From a virus: a stretch of 64,000 bases of DNA. The notes below the pieces were generated by a model. It was not told the DNA's origin. It saw only the letters and a list, made by a program, of their open reading frames with translations, and did no database searches. The translations under genes were made by a program, and so were the position numbers. Shown here piece after piece: positions 17,558 to 26,578 of the stretch (position 1 is its first letter; every line of letters begins with the position of its first letter). The stretch covers positions 1 to 64,000 of the IMG/VR virus record IMGVR_UViG_3300045988_183505; one strand, written 5' to 3'.

Positions 17558-19291
17558 TCATTCTTCCATTGGATTTGTGTAGTAGTAAACTTCCAGTTCT
17601 TCTCTCGCCCTAGTCACTGCCGTATACAGCAGCCGTTTGTCTACCATGCTGTCATTCTCCGGAAGAAAAACCATCACTCTTTTTGCTTCACTTCCCTGCA
17701 TCTTATGAACAGTGATTGCATACGCCAGCGTAATATCCTTCCGGTGTGAATTTTTGACTACAATTCGCTTGCCCTCAATTTCAATCGTTACTCCCTTACT
17801 ATTGGCTGATACCACTGTGCCAATATCTCCATTGCAATAGGACTTTGTATTGCGAATCGTCATAATTTTATCGCCCTCATTCAGCTGCTCCTCTCCCTTT
17901 CTAAGAAAAGCGTTGATTTGCCGATTCAGGTCGTTGTATGGAGAAATGATTTGTGTATCTTCATCTCTCGTCAGCAGGTCTCCGATTTCCATAAAAGAAA
18001 TGTGGCGTACTGTAACTCCTCTGCCACATTCCAAAGGCATTCCGGCAAGTGCATTTTTTGCATTGTTCAGAATGTCTGTCCCCTCAGCTTGTCTATGATT
18101 GATAGTCAGCCGGTACACTCCAAGCGTCTTCATAAAATCAAAAAATGGTTCTCCATAGCCTACCGGATAAAGCTGGTTATGGTCTCCAACAAAAATTATC
18201 TTGCTGCTTTTTTCTACTGCACTTAACAAGTCATACATCAGCGATGTATCTACCATGGAGCTTTCATCTACAATAATCAGACGATATGGCAGCAGATTTT
18301 TGCTGTTATAAAACACATAATCATCATCTGGAACTTTTCGCAATGCTCCATGAATCGTAGTGGCAGGCATCTTTGTTTTCTCCGCAAGTCGTCTGGCTGC
18401 TTTTCCTGTCGGTGCAATCAAAAGCACATTCTTTTTCTTATAGTGCATGGAATAGCACTCAATAATATTCTGTATAACCGTAGTCTTTCCCACGCCTGCA
18501 CCGCCGGTAATAATGCAAGGCAGACTTGTCCGTAAGCTCCAGAGTGTGTCAATTTGTTCCTGTTCCAGCGTACTATCCTTGATTTTGTCGATGTACGCCT
18601 GAATTTCATCTTTTGTCAGAAGCTCGTACTCCTGCTGCTTTCTTTCTTCAATATCCTGTCGAACAAATTCTTCTTTTTCTTTCAGCTCATTGTCCCATAC
18701 CATACCGCTACCAAAACCATATCCGCTTGCCTGCAAGCACATGATTTTCAAAGAGTACATCAACTGCTCATATGCACCTTCCTGCTCCACTTCATTGAAG
18801 TATGACAGATACTCGTCCACTTTATAAGCAATCTTTCTCTTTCTTCTGGCACAGCGAATCACTTCCCTGCCAAGTGCCTGTGTCCGCTCTACTGCTTCTG
18901 CATTATCAACCATTTCTTTATGTACCTTGTCTGCATCTGGAAACGGCAAGACGTTATAAATTTCCTCTGCTCTTGTCGATGCAACGTCCCAGTTGTAGCC
19001 TTCCTGTTTTAACGTCTGATGTATTTCCAGCTTTCTTCCATATTGCTCTGGATTTACTCCAGCTTTTTCAAGTGCAGCAATATTTTTATCTGTCGGTTCT
19101 ACGCAGTAGTCCACTACTTTCCTGCCGTCCAGCTCTGCACCAATCGTCATACCGTGAAACAAGTCCGGAATATTGCCGTAAATGCAAATTCTCCTCTTTT
19201 CACCCTGTGGAATCACAATTGCAGAACGTATCCGGTCTTTTGGTTCGTATCCTGTCGGCACGACCATTTTCAATACAAAATACCAGTTCAT
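17558..19291 (-). CDS. RecD/TraA-like SF1 helicase
   Basis: Walker A TGGAGVGKTT, Walker B LIIVDESSMVD, FVGDHNQLYPV, AITVHKMQGSE and LLYTAVTRAREEL. Confidence 0.85.
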   Translation of the reverse strand: MNWYFVLKMVVPTGYEPKDRIRSAIVIPQGEKRRICIYGNIPDLFHGMTIGAELDGRKVVDYCVEPTDKNIAALEKAGVNPEQYGRKLEIHQTLKQEGYNWDVASTRAEEIYNVLPFPDADKVHKEMVDNAEAVERTQALGREVIRCARRKRKIAYKVDEYLSYFNEVEQEGAYEQLMYSLKIMCLQASGYGFGSGMVWDNELKEKEEFVRQDIEERKQQEYELLTKDEIQAYIDKIKDSTLEQEQIDTLWSLRTSLPCIITGGAGVGKTTVIQNIIECYSMHYKKKNVLLIAPTGKAARRLAEKTKMPATTIHGALRKVPDDDYVFYNSKNLLPYRLIIVDESSMVDTSLMYDLLSAVEKSSKIIFVGDHNQLYPVGYGEPFFDFMKTLGVYRLTINHRQAEGTDILNNAKNALAGMPLECGRGVTVRHISFMEIGDLLTRDEDTQIISPYNDLNRQINAFLRKGEEQLNEGDKIMTIRNTKSYCNGDIGTVVSANSKGVTIEIEGKRIVVKNSHRKDITLAYAITVHKMQGSEAKRVMVFLPENDSMVDKRLLYTAVTRAREELEVYYYTNPMEE

Positions 19292-19376
19292 TTATGTATC
19301 ACTCTTTCACATTTTTCAGGCATTTCCCAGTGCCTTTTTTGCTCTATTTTAATTATACGCAATCCCACATTTTCAA

Positions 19377-19394
19377 AATGTATAGATGTACATT
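19377..19394. promoter_or_regulatory. inverted repeat, class II (AATGTA-N6-TACATT)
   Basis: Lies 20 nt upstream (minus sense) of a TATAAT at 19352..19357, ahead of the RecD-like helicase operon. Confidence 0.5.
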
Positions 19395-19493
19395 TATCAA
19401 AAAACCACGCAAATCACAATAGCGAAAACTACTGATAATTTGCATGGTATTTTGACTATTTTTTTGTAAAATAAACTGTAATAAATCCAAACA

Positions 19494-19724
19494 CTACAGT
19501 TTGTCAACTTCAAATTCCTGCAAGTAGGGAAGGTATGCTGTATATGCCTTGTTCATTGCACAATGCACACCATGTTCTCCACGATAAAGAAGCCCTACTT
19601 CACGAAAATCACTTTGCAATTCATCTTTGCTTGCAACTGCAATAATGCAGACTGTACCGATGTGATGCAAAAAATAGATAGTTTCCAGACTGTGTGCTTT
19701 TGCAACCGCACCGACAATCTCCAT
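19494..19724 (-). CDS. hypothetical small protein
   Basis: ORF 19494..19856 trimmed to the ATG at 19724 after GAGGGGTG, just downstream of the lipoprotein stop. Confidence 0.45.
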   Translation of the reverse strand: MEIVGAVAKAHSLETIYFLHHIGTVCIIAVASKDELQSDFREVGLLYRGEHGVHCAMNKAYTAYLPYLQEFEVDKL

Positions 19725-19728
19725 ATCA

Positions 19729-20991
19729 TCACCCCTCGCTGTCTGTTGCTTCTGTTTCCGTGGTGTCAGCAGGCTGTGCATCTTCTCCTGTTTCAGTTTC
19801 AGAGCTGTCCTCTGTTTGCTTTTCTTCTGCCTTCTTTGTCTTAATTTCCTGCCCACCTACCAGCTCTTTCAGCTGAACAATGCTTTCCAGCTGAGGAATC
19901 AAAGTATCATCGCTGCCAACCAGAGAGTATTCAAAACGCTCATAATCTGTAGACAGTTTGTTATATGTGGTGACAATCAAAATGCCGTCCTTATAGACAA
20001 TACCCTGCTGCAAGTCCTTGTCCTCAAACACCCAGTCATAGTTCATATTGTTGACCGCACCCAAGAACATACTGTCATTAACACCATACATGGTAGCAAT
20101 ATCGCCGTTTTCATTCAGCACGCCCCACTGCTGAAACTCCTTGTTTTTTGCTTCGTTTTCTGTAATGATTTCGCCTTTGCTGTCTTTTTCTTCTAATTCT
20201 TCATACGGCGTAAATGTAGTTCTCTGACCGTCCTGTGTCAGCTTGCTGTAATAAAACTCCTTAATGGTACGTCCAGAAATCAGTGTGTCACTGTCTGCCG
20301 GATTCAGAACAACCAAAAGTCTTTCTCTGCTAGTCTGAATCGCAAAGGTGTCATTATTGATTCTGGCATACTCAAACATCTGTGTGGTGATTTCCGGCAT
20401 CACAGTGTAAGAGGAATTGACATCTGTTTCCTGATATGCCTTACACCAGTCCTTATCACAGTCATACAGCATACGATAGTCATAATAGCCACTTGTGATA
20501 TTCTCCCATGTTCCAGCAACTCCGGAAATACTGTAATCATCTTTTTCATTTCTTGTGATAGTGCAAGTAAGGTTTTCACCATCAGAGAATTTTCCGGTTT
20601 GAGAACGATATTGTGACAATATCGTATCCCAATCTGTTTCTTCCTCATTAAACCACTGAGTATCTTCAATGATAGAATTATCCAGCAAGGTAGAAACAAA
20701 ATCCTGATAGCCGTCTGTTGTCCAATAGGAGTTTGGGTTTTCAGAACGCACTACACCATTGTTCTGCTTCATGCCGTCCATAACGTCCAGAATCATATTT
20801 TTCAAGGTCAGTGTTCGCATCACACCGCCTCTATAATCGTTCTGCTGATTTTCATTATCTGTACCTGTCTGAATTGTCGATACCGGAGCAGCAGATTCTT
20901 CCGAAGATTCTTCCTTTTTTGTTCCGCAACCTGCTACAGACATACACATTATCAGCGATAATGTCAGTGCTGCAATTTTCTTCATTCTCAT
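19729..20991 (-). CDS. lipoprotein (T4SS-associated by context)
   Basis: Signal and lipobox MKKIAALTLSLIMCMSVAGC, followed by a T/E/S-rich linker. Confidence 0.7.
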   Translation of the reverse strand: MRMKKIAALTLSLIMCMSVAGCGTKKEESSEESAAPVSTIQTGTDNENQQNDYRGGVMRTLTLKNMILDVMDGMKQNNGVVRSENPNSYWTTDGYQDFVSTLLDNSIIEDTQWFNEEETDWDTILSQYRSQTGKFSDGENLTCTITRNEKDDYSISGVAGTWENITSGYYDYRMLYDCDKDWCKAYQETDVNSSYTVMPEITTQMFEYARINNDTFAIQTSRERLLVVLNPADSDTLISGRTIKEFYYSKLTQDGQRTTFTPYEELEEKDSKGEIITENEAKNKEFQQWGVLNENGDIATMYGVNDSMFLGAVNNMNYDWVFEDKDLQQGIVYKDGILIVTTYNKLSTDYERFEYSLVGSDDTLIPQLESIVQLKELVGGQEIKTKKAEEKQTEDSSETETGEDAQPADTTETEATDSEG

Positions 20992-21118
20992 ATTTTGTCG
21001 CCCTTTCTATTCAAAATTCGATAAGAAAAGGGTTGTTTCAGCTTTCGCCAAAACAACCCTAGTTCTTGCCCTAGCTGTTTTACGCTTTAATACGCCTTTG
21101 TGCAGGTATTGTTACCGA

Positions 21119-21511
21119 TTATGCACCAGCACCGTTGTCGATTACGCCCAGTCCAGCAAGGATAGACTTCAAAGCGGTGCAGGCAATGCCAGCCAGTGCC
21201 ATGATGATGCCCTTTGTCTTCGCTTCCGGCTGGTTCTGCATGAAGGACTGTACTACTTCATACAGACCGTACACAATAAGTGCAACGCCGACAAAACGTG
21301 TGACGGTCAGCAGAACGCCAATTACCTTACCCATCAGGTCGCCTGCATTACCTCCAGTATTGTTGATTTTGACACTTTCGCCACCAAAACTGTCATTTGC
21401 AAATGCTGTGGTCGTGAACATAGATGTTGCGATTGCGGCAGAAGCAGAAGCTGCATAAATGCTCTTTGCCAGTCTGCTTGCCTTCTTCTTGATTGTAACT
21501 TCTTTCTTCAT
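21119..21511 (-). CDS. Maff2/VirB2-like small membrane (pilin-like) protein
   Basis: Long signal-like N-terminus. FVGVALIVYGLYEVVQSFMQNQPEAKTKGIIMALAGIACTAL resembles the remembered Maff2 pattern G..WG...L.eG....NP.AK..G. Confidence 0.55.
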   Translation of the reverse strand: MKKEVTIKKKASRLAKSIYAASASAAIATSMFTTTAFANDSFGGESVKINNTGGNAGDLMGKVIGVLLTVTRFVGVALIVYGLYEVVQSFMQNQPEAKTKGIIMALAGIACTALKSILAGLGVIDNGAGA

Positions 21512-21541
21512 TGGAGTTTCTCCCTTTCTGATGTGACACGC

Positions 21542-21946
21542 TCACTTTGCAAGCCGTGCCAAGTCTTGTTTGCTTATTTTCTCAACTGTGCCTGTTTGGA
21601 TAACAGACCATTCAGTCGGAATGCGGATATTTTTGCCGTACAGTTTCTCGAACTCGTCCACATTGTATTCAAAGTCCGTTTCCCATATCAGCGTCTTTGG
21701 CATCAGAATTTTTTCTCTACCCACAGTACGAATATACTGAAACACCGTCATACCATGAGGCTTGAAAAATCCGATGATAAGAACAATCGCCAGAGGTATA
21801 AATGCAATAGAAACATCACCAGCCAGCTTGTAAGTCAGGAAAGCAGCAGCCAACCCAACTGCTACAAATCCAGCTTCCTTAAAACTGAAATTGCCGATGT
21901 CTTTTGTTTTATACTTCCGAATGTCTTGTGAAATCTGTACTTCCAT
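21542..21946 (-). CDS. PrgI-family (VirB3-like) T4SS membrane protein
   Basis: N-terminus QDIRKYKTKDIGNFSFKEAGF followed by two TM segments, as in PrgI-family proteins. Confidence 0.6.
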   Translation of the reverse strand: MEVQISQDIRKYKTKDIGNFSFKEAGFVAVGLAAAFLTYKLAGDVSIAFIPLAIVLIIGFFKPHGMTVFQYIRTVGREKILMPKTLIWETDFEYNVDEFEKLYGKNIRIPTEWSVIQTGTVEKISKQDLARLAK

Positions 21947-21971
21947 AAGCCCTTTGTCCTTTCACTAATGT

Positions 21972-21991
21972 TATGTAACGCCAAAAAAGAA
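21972..21991 (-). promoter_or_regulatory. conserved 20-nt leader motif, copy 1 (sense TTCTTTTTTGGCGTTACATA)
   Basis: Identical 20-mer at four sites, always in the sense orientation upstream of an operon. This copy lies about 25 nt before the ATG at 21946. Confidence 0.6.
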
Positions 21992-22036
21992 TAGCGTGAT
22001 TTTCTGAAAATTATTTTGATAACTTTTTATGAACGA

Positions 22037-22948
22037 TTAAGACAGCACTTCCTTCGTTGCAGTTCTTGCAGCACCAAGTACACCAATTTCTGCAATCGGC
22101 ACAACAATCAGCTGAACCATGTTCTTAATAAGTGTCCATAGCAAATCTAATTGCTCTGCTCCACTCGATGCACCGGAAGCAAGGTCTGTCATCGCCTTGT
22201 TCCAGTCTGTAACCGCCAGTCCAAGACCAATTTTGGGGATTATGATAAACGCCATGCCATACAGCGTCATTGCCAATAAGCCTTTTAGCCAACGCATAGT
22301 GCCGGACGAAAGCCCTGTACCATAAATATCAGCTGCTGCAATTGGAGAAAGACCAATTCTAAACAAAAATTCAATCTTATATCCAATCGCCTTGTACCAC
22401 CACACAAAAGAGCAAACCAGAGTGACCAGCAAGCAGGCAATCAGCGGAATCAAAAACACCAATAGTGCCAATAATCCCATTGCACCGACAACGTTTTCAT
22501 TGATTGCCTGTACAGTGGCTTCAACATCTGTTGTGAGAGAATTACCAGTCCACGTCCAATTTCGTACTTTTGAAATGATTGCATTGTGCAATCCAAGAAT
22601 CCACGACACAATCTTTGAATAGTTCATCAGCACAATCAGAGAAGCAACAAATTTCAAAAACGGTGCTCCAAAAGTTTTCAGTGTGATGTCATTCCCTTCA
22701 AAGCCGTACCTGCGGTTGATTTCCAATAAGAAATAAATAATTGCAAAGCCAAGACCAATGATTGAAAAATAAGAAAACATCTGATTCATAATGTCACTGC
22801 CATTAAACCACTCCGACTTAAACATCAGCTGGTTGTACGCAATACCGTTAGCAATGCCATTTGTCATCTGTCCTGTTGTCGGGTCTTTATCTCCCAAAAG
22901 CAGCGTAAACAGGAACTTAATCATACTTCCAATAGCGTCACCAAACAT
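22037..22948 (-). CDS. polytopic membrane protein, VirB6/TrbL-like T4SS channel component
   Basis: At least six hydrophobic segments. Positioned between the T4CP gene and the VirB3-like gene. Confidence 0.55.
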   Translation of the reverse strand: MFGDAIGSMIKFLFTLLLGDKDPTTGQMTNGIANGIAYNQLMFKSEWFNGSDIMNQMFSYFSIIGLGFAIIYFLLEINRRYGFEGNDITLKTFGAPFLKFVASLIVLMNYSKIVSWILGLHNAIISKVRNWTWTGNSLTTDVEATVQAINENVVGAMGLLALLVFLIPLIACLLVTLVCSFVWWYKAIGYKIEFLFRIGLSPIAAADIYGTGLSSGTMRWLKGLLAMTLYGMAFIIIPKIGLGLAVTDWNKAMTDLASGASSGAEQLDLLWTLIKNMVQLIVVPIAEIGVLGAARTATKEVLS

Positions 22949-22965
22949 GATAAGATTCCCCCTTT

Positions 22966-24786
22966 CTACTGTTCATTTTTGAACAGATTTTCGTTGTTGT
23001 TATTGCGGTAATATTTCTCCACATCAATGTGCAGCTTTTTCACTTCCTGCACATTTTTCCATCTCTTATGATGTGTCAAATTTAGCTTCTGGCAGATATA
23101 TGGTGTCACATCACGAATAATGACAATCTCATCATCTCTGCCATTCTGATTGATGGCACTGATTTCATCTATGCTCATAAGGTCAACCTCTGTAGGTGTA
23201 TATGAGGTAGAAATTCCGGAATTAGAACTGGAAGTAGATTTCTGACGTATCGTTGTTTTTCCCAGAATCTTCTGTATTTCTTCCTTGTCCTCTTTCAGGA
23301 TAGAGCCGAGAAAAATCGTGGTATCAACGTTCGCCATAACCGTCTCATGCTCTCCGTCTTTATACATGGTCTTTAACTGCCCAATATCCTGTATAACAAC
23401 GTGCGAACCAATACGATATTTACGGCTTGTTGAAAGAATTGTCAGGAAATTCGGGATTTCCCCGATGTTCTTAAACTCGTCCAGCAAGAAATTTACATGA
23501 ATCGGCAGGGAAGGGTCTCCACCTGCATATTCATCTGCATTCCATACGACCATCTTGTCCAAGTCGTTTACCAGTCTTACCAGAGGAGCTTTCAGGACAG
23601 AGGTTTTATACGCCTTGCCATTGAACATCACATTGTAGATTTTTGTGCCATTGATATAGTCATTTTCTTCAATGTTTGCTTCTGTGACATTCTCATAAAA
23701 CTCCTTCGCTTCTTCCTCAGAATCGAAATAGTCAAATACCGGCAATCCCATTTTGTAGCCGATGTGGAATTTTCCTCTTAGCTTACGCTCTCCCAGCTCA
23801 TACAGTCTTCCGTAGAGCTGCGAATAAAGCATTGCAATCAGGAAGTTGTACGCCTGATGCGACTGCGGTATACCCAGAAACAGATACGATTGCTGTGTGG
23901 CAATCTTATCAATATTGATATTCATTTCAGGGTATTTCTCATTTTTTCTCGTAATGTAATCTACTTCTTTGGTTGAGAAAATCTGTAAGTCAACCGCCGT
24001 AGTAATCAAAATGGTGTTGGCTGTTTTCTGCGGTGCAATCAGGAAAGTATCGTAGTATGATTTTGCCTTGTACGGTCTTCCTTCTGCGTCCATCTTTGCA
24101 AACCAGCTGTTCATCAACTGTGTCAACGGACTATCTTCATCGCTTTCATCATCGACTTTCGCCATCTGTACCAGTTCCAGTACCTTCTTGAAGCATTTAT
24201 CCTTTTCCGGAATATCATCATTCTCCAGCACAAAGTAGATAATTGCTGTCAGGAAAGCTTTCTCTGATTTGTCCCAGAACGGGTCAGAACCGCCAGCCTC
24301 TTTACCGGCTTTTGCATTCTTCATGTACAGGTCTACCAGAATATCTACCTTTGTTTCTGAGATAGCTCCAGACGAATCATATACATTCAAAAGCGGATTG
24401 TAATTGTTGGATAACGTGAAATCCGAGGCATTGAACAAATAAACGTTATAGCCTCTGGAAAGCAGATACGGTGCAAATGACCGGAAAATATCTCCAGAAG
24501 GGTCTGTGATAATCATGGAGCAATTTTCCTGCAAGATATTTGGCTTGATATACTTGAAGGTTTTACCTGTACCAGTACCGCCAATAACCAATACATTTGC
24601 AGAACGGTTTACTTTTTTATTGTCCAGCGACAATCCCAGCAGCTGCTGGTTATACACGCCGAACAGCATATTATTGTCAATCTGATTTGCAACATCGACC
24701 TGTCCTGTTTTCGGAAACTTGCCAGCTTTCTTCGGCTTGCCTCTTGCACCGGCAGATTGATTTTCTTTCAAAGCAAGTGCCTTCAT
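22966..24786 (-). CDS. type IV coupling protein (VirD4/TraG-like) NTPase body, lacking N-terminal TM helices
   Basis: Walker A VIGGTGTGKT and Walker B FLLDEFKNIG. The ATG at 24786 follows AAAGGAG. Confidence 0.85.
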   Translation of the reverse strand: MKALALKENQSAGARGKPKKAGKFPKTGQVDVANQIDNNMLFGVYNQQLLGLSLDNKKVNRSANVLVIGGTGTGKTFKYIKPNILQENCSMIITDPSGDIFRSFAPYLLSRGYNVYLFNASDFTLSNNYNPLLNVYDSSGAISETKVDILVDLYMKNAKAGKEAGGSDPFWDKSEKAFLTAIIYFVLENDDIPEKDKCFKKVLELVQMAKVDDESDEDSPLTQLMNSWFAKMDAEGRPYKAKSYYDTFLIAPQKTANTILITTAVDLQIFSTKEVDYITRKNEKYPEMNINIDKIATQQSYLFLGIPQSHQAYNFLIAMLYSQLYGRLYELGERKLRGKFHIGYKMGLPVFDYFDSEEEAKEFYENVTEANIEENDYINGTKIYNVMFNGKAYKTSVLKAPLVRLVNDLDKMVVWNADEYAGGDPSLPIHVNFLLDEFKNIGEIPNFLTILSTSRKYRIGSHVVIQDIGQLKTMYKDGEHETVMANVDTTIFLGSILKEDKEEIQKILGKTTIRQKSTSSSNSGISTSYTPTEVDLMSIDEISAINQNGRDDEIVIIRDVTPYICQKLNLTHHKRWKNVQEVKKLHIDVEKYYRNNNNENLFKNEQ

Positions 24787-24799
24787 GTTTACTCCTTTC

Positions 24800-25753
24800 T
24801 TAATCCATGAACTTCTTTTTGAACGACTTGAAATCACTGTTTTTCCCTAACCGTGCATTGCCATGTTCATGACCTACTCTGGAGAGTTTCTTTTGCTCTT
24901 TGTCCAGATAGATAAACACACCAATGAGTGCTAATATGCCGAATCCAATTAAGAAGTCCATGCCAAAAATCGAACCATATATCGGTGATGTCACAATCTG
25001 CATACCGCTTTCCAGTCCCATAAGACCATTCCATAAAGCCGACATACTACTGATGCTGTCATCTCCAACAGATACAGCATACGAATTCCCCAGAACACCT
25101 GCTCCAATGCCGACAGCCACGCACACTAACAGAAACATGACAATCTTTTTTACCGGATTGCCATTCGCATTTTTTGGTGTGGCATACTTTGTCTTTGGAC
25201 GCTTTACCAGTCCCTTGTAGGTTCGCACTTTTGTGCCAGCAAGCGTCATCTCTGGCATATCTGTTTCCGGCTCTGCATTCGGCTGTTCTTTTCCCAGCAT
25301 ATGTAGGAAGAAGCGAATACCGTTGATTACAACACTTCTGCGTTCTTCTTCGGCTTTTATCTGTTCTTCACTTTTCACAGCAGCGTATTTTGCACTTTCC
25401 TTGTTCGGAAACACCTTTGATTCTTCCGGCAAGTCTTCCGCTGGAGTTTCCTCTTTCTGCATCTCCGGAGCAGGTCGATTCCTTCCAGTGTCTACGCCGT
25501 TGCTTTCCAACTGTGAGTAAAATTCCTCATTACTGAGTGAAGGCTCATCATCGTCATCATAGGAATTCTCATAACCGTCTCCCAGTTCACCAACACCATA
25601 TGCCTGATAAATTTCCTTCTCCTCAGTTTCCTCTGTTGCTGTTCCTGCTGCCTCAGCAGCAGTGCTTTCTTCCTGTGCCGATTCGTCCGGATTATCAGGT
25701 GGAATCCCATTTCCAAAAATCGAACCGGCTTTTGACATATCCAGTTTATTCAT
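24800..25753 (-). CDS. membrane protein carrying the missing T4CP N-terminal module (two TM helices plus an HG.AR-like motif)
   Basis: Acidic N-terminus. TM segments IVMFLLVCVAVGIGAGVLG and FLIGFGILALIGVFIYL, then GHEHGNARLG, which resembles the VirD4 HGSARWA motif. Confidence 0.5.
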   Translation of the reverse strand: MNKLDMSKAGSIFGNGIPPDNPDESAQEESTAAEAAGTATEETEEKEIYQAYGVGELGDGYENSYDDDDEPSLSNEEFYSQLESNGVDTGRNRPAPEMQKEETPAEDLPEESKVFPNKESAKYAAVKSEEQIKAEEERRSVVINGIRFFLHMLGKEQPNAEPETDMPEMTLAGTKVRTYKGLVKRPKTKYATPKNANGNPVKKIVMFLLVCVAVGIGAGVLGNSYAVSVGDDSISSMSALWNGLMGLESGMQIVTSPIYGSIFGMDFLIGFGILALIGVFIYLDKEQKKLSRVGHEHGNARLGKNSDFKSFKKKFMD

Positions 25754-26439
25754 CAGTCTTTCACCACTCGTTTGTATTCTTCCACGTCAAAATTGTCTGG
25801 CTGTATTTTTTCAATTTGCGGCATCACCTTATTGATGATGTAAAGCACCATTTTGTATGTGGAAGTTCTGTCGATTTCGATTGCTTCATAAAGCAGCTCC
25901 TCAATCATGTTTTCGCTGCCCTTTGCTTCTGGGGAACTGTAGTAAATCCGAAATACATTGTCCTGAAAAGTTGCTTTCCAACGCCCTATGCTGGTTTGAC
26001 CTTTCAGAACATAATCATAGAAGTACATGAATCCCAATCCCTGTTCGCATTTGCCAACCGGATTTGCTGAATTGCTGGAAATGATACAGCTGTCCGTCAT
26101 CACCATGTACTTTGAAATAACACCCATGTCATTTATCCAAAGAGGACTGTCCTTGCTATGAGCCGTATGCACATAAATTTGCGGACTGTCGTTGTAATAC
26201 TCATAGGACAGCGGAGAACAGATAACCGGATTTTGTATACTTTCGATTTCATTCTCAATTGCCCGAACATCAACCACCTCGTCCGTTACGCCATACAGCT
26301 TTCGGATTTTCAACCCGAACATTCTGGTTTCTTCCACTTCTTCCACCAGCATCTTCTCGGAAATGTTGAGATTATTCAGCAAAAGATAGATTAAAAGCAC
26401 TCTTACTGTGTTTTCACTTTTGCGGTATTTATAGAACAT
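25753..26439 (-). CDS. hypothetical protein (T4SS operon)
   Basis: ORF 25753..26481 trimmed to the ATG at 26439 after AAAGGAAG. Confidence 0.5.
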   Translation of the reverse strand: MFYKYRKSENTVRVLLIYLLLNNLNISEKMLVEEVEETRMFGLKIRKLYGVTDEVVDVRAIENEIESIQNPVICSPLSYEYYNDSPQIYVHTAHSKDSPLWINDMGVISKYMVMTDSCIISSNSANPVGKCEQGLGFMYFYDYVLKGQTSIGRWKATFQDNVFRIYYSSPEAKGSENMIEELLYEAIEIDRTSTYKMVLYIINKVMPQIEKIQPDNFDVEEYKRVVKD

Positions 26440-26487
26440 TTCTGCACTTCCTTTGACGTAAATTCGGGGCTTCTCCCTCATTGAAAA

Positions 26488-26507
26488 TATGTAACGCCAA
26501 AAAAGAA
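26488..26507 (-). promoter_or_regulatory. conserved 20-nt leader motif, copy 2
   Basis: Same 20-mer. Here it immediately follows a terminator-like hairpin. Confidence 0.6.
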
Positions 26508-26537
26508 AACGTCCCTGCTTCCCCGAAGGGAAACAAG
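26495..26537 (-). terminator. terminator-like hairpin after the 1913-aa gene
   Basis: Minus strand reads CTTGTTTCCC-TTCG-GGGAAGCAGG, then GACGTTTTCTTTTTT. Confidence 0.55.
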
Positions 26538-26578
26538 AACGCTTTCATGTATAGGAAGTGTAAATTTATGGAATTGTC

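Noticed and set aside
2540-19480. Recurrent TTTACAAAA read as the -35 box of a TcdR-like alternative sigma promoter
   Set aside because: No conserved -10-like element is found at a fixed 16-18-nt distance in the five copies. The motif sits directly after terminator hairpins, so it may be part of the terminator or UP region instead.
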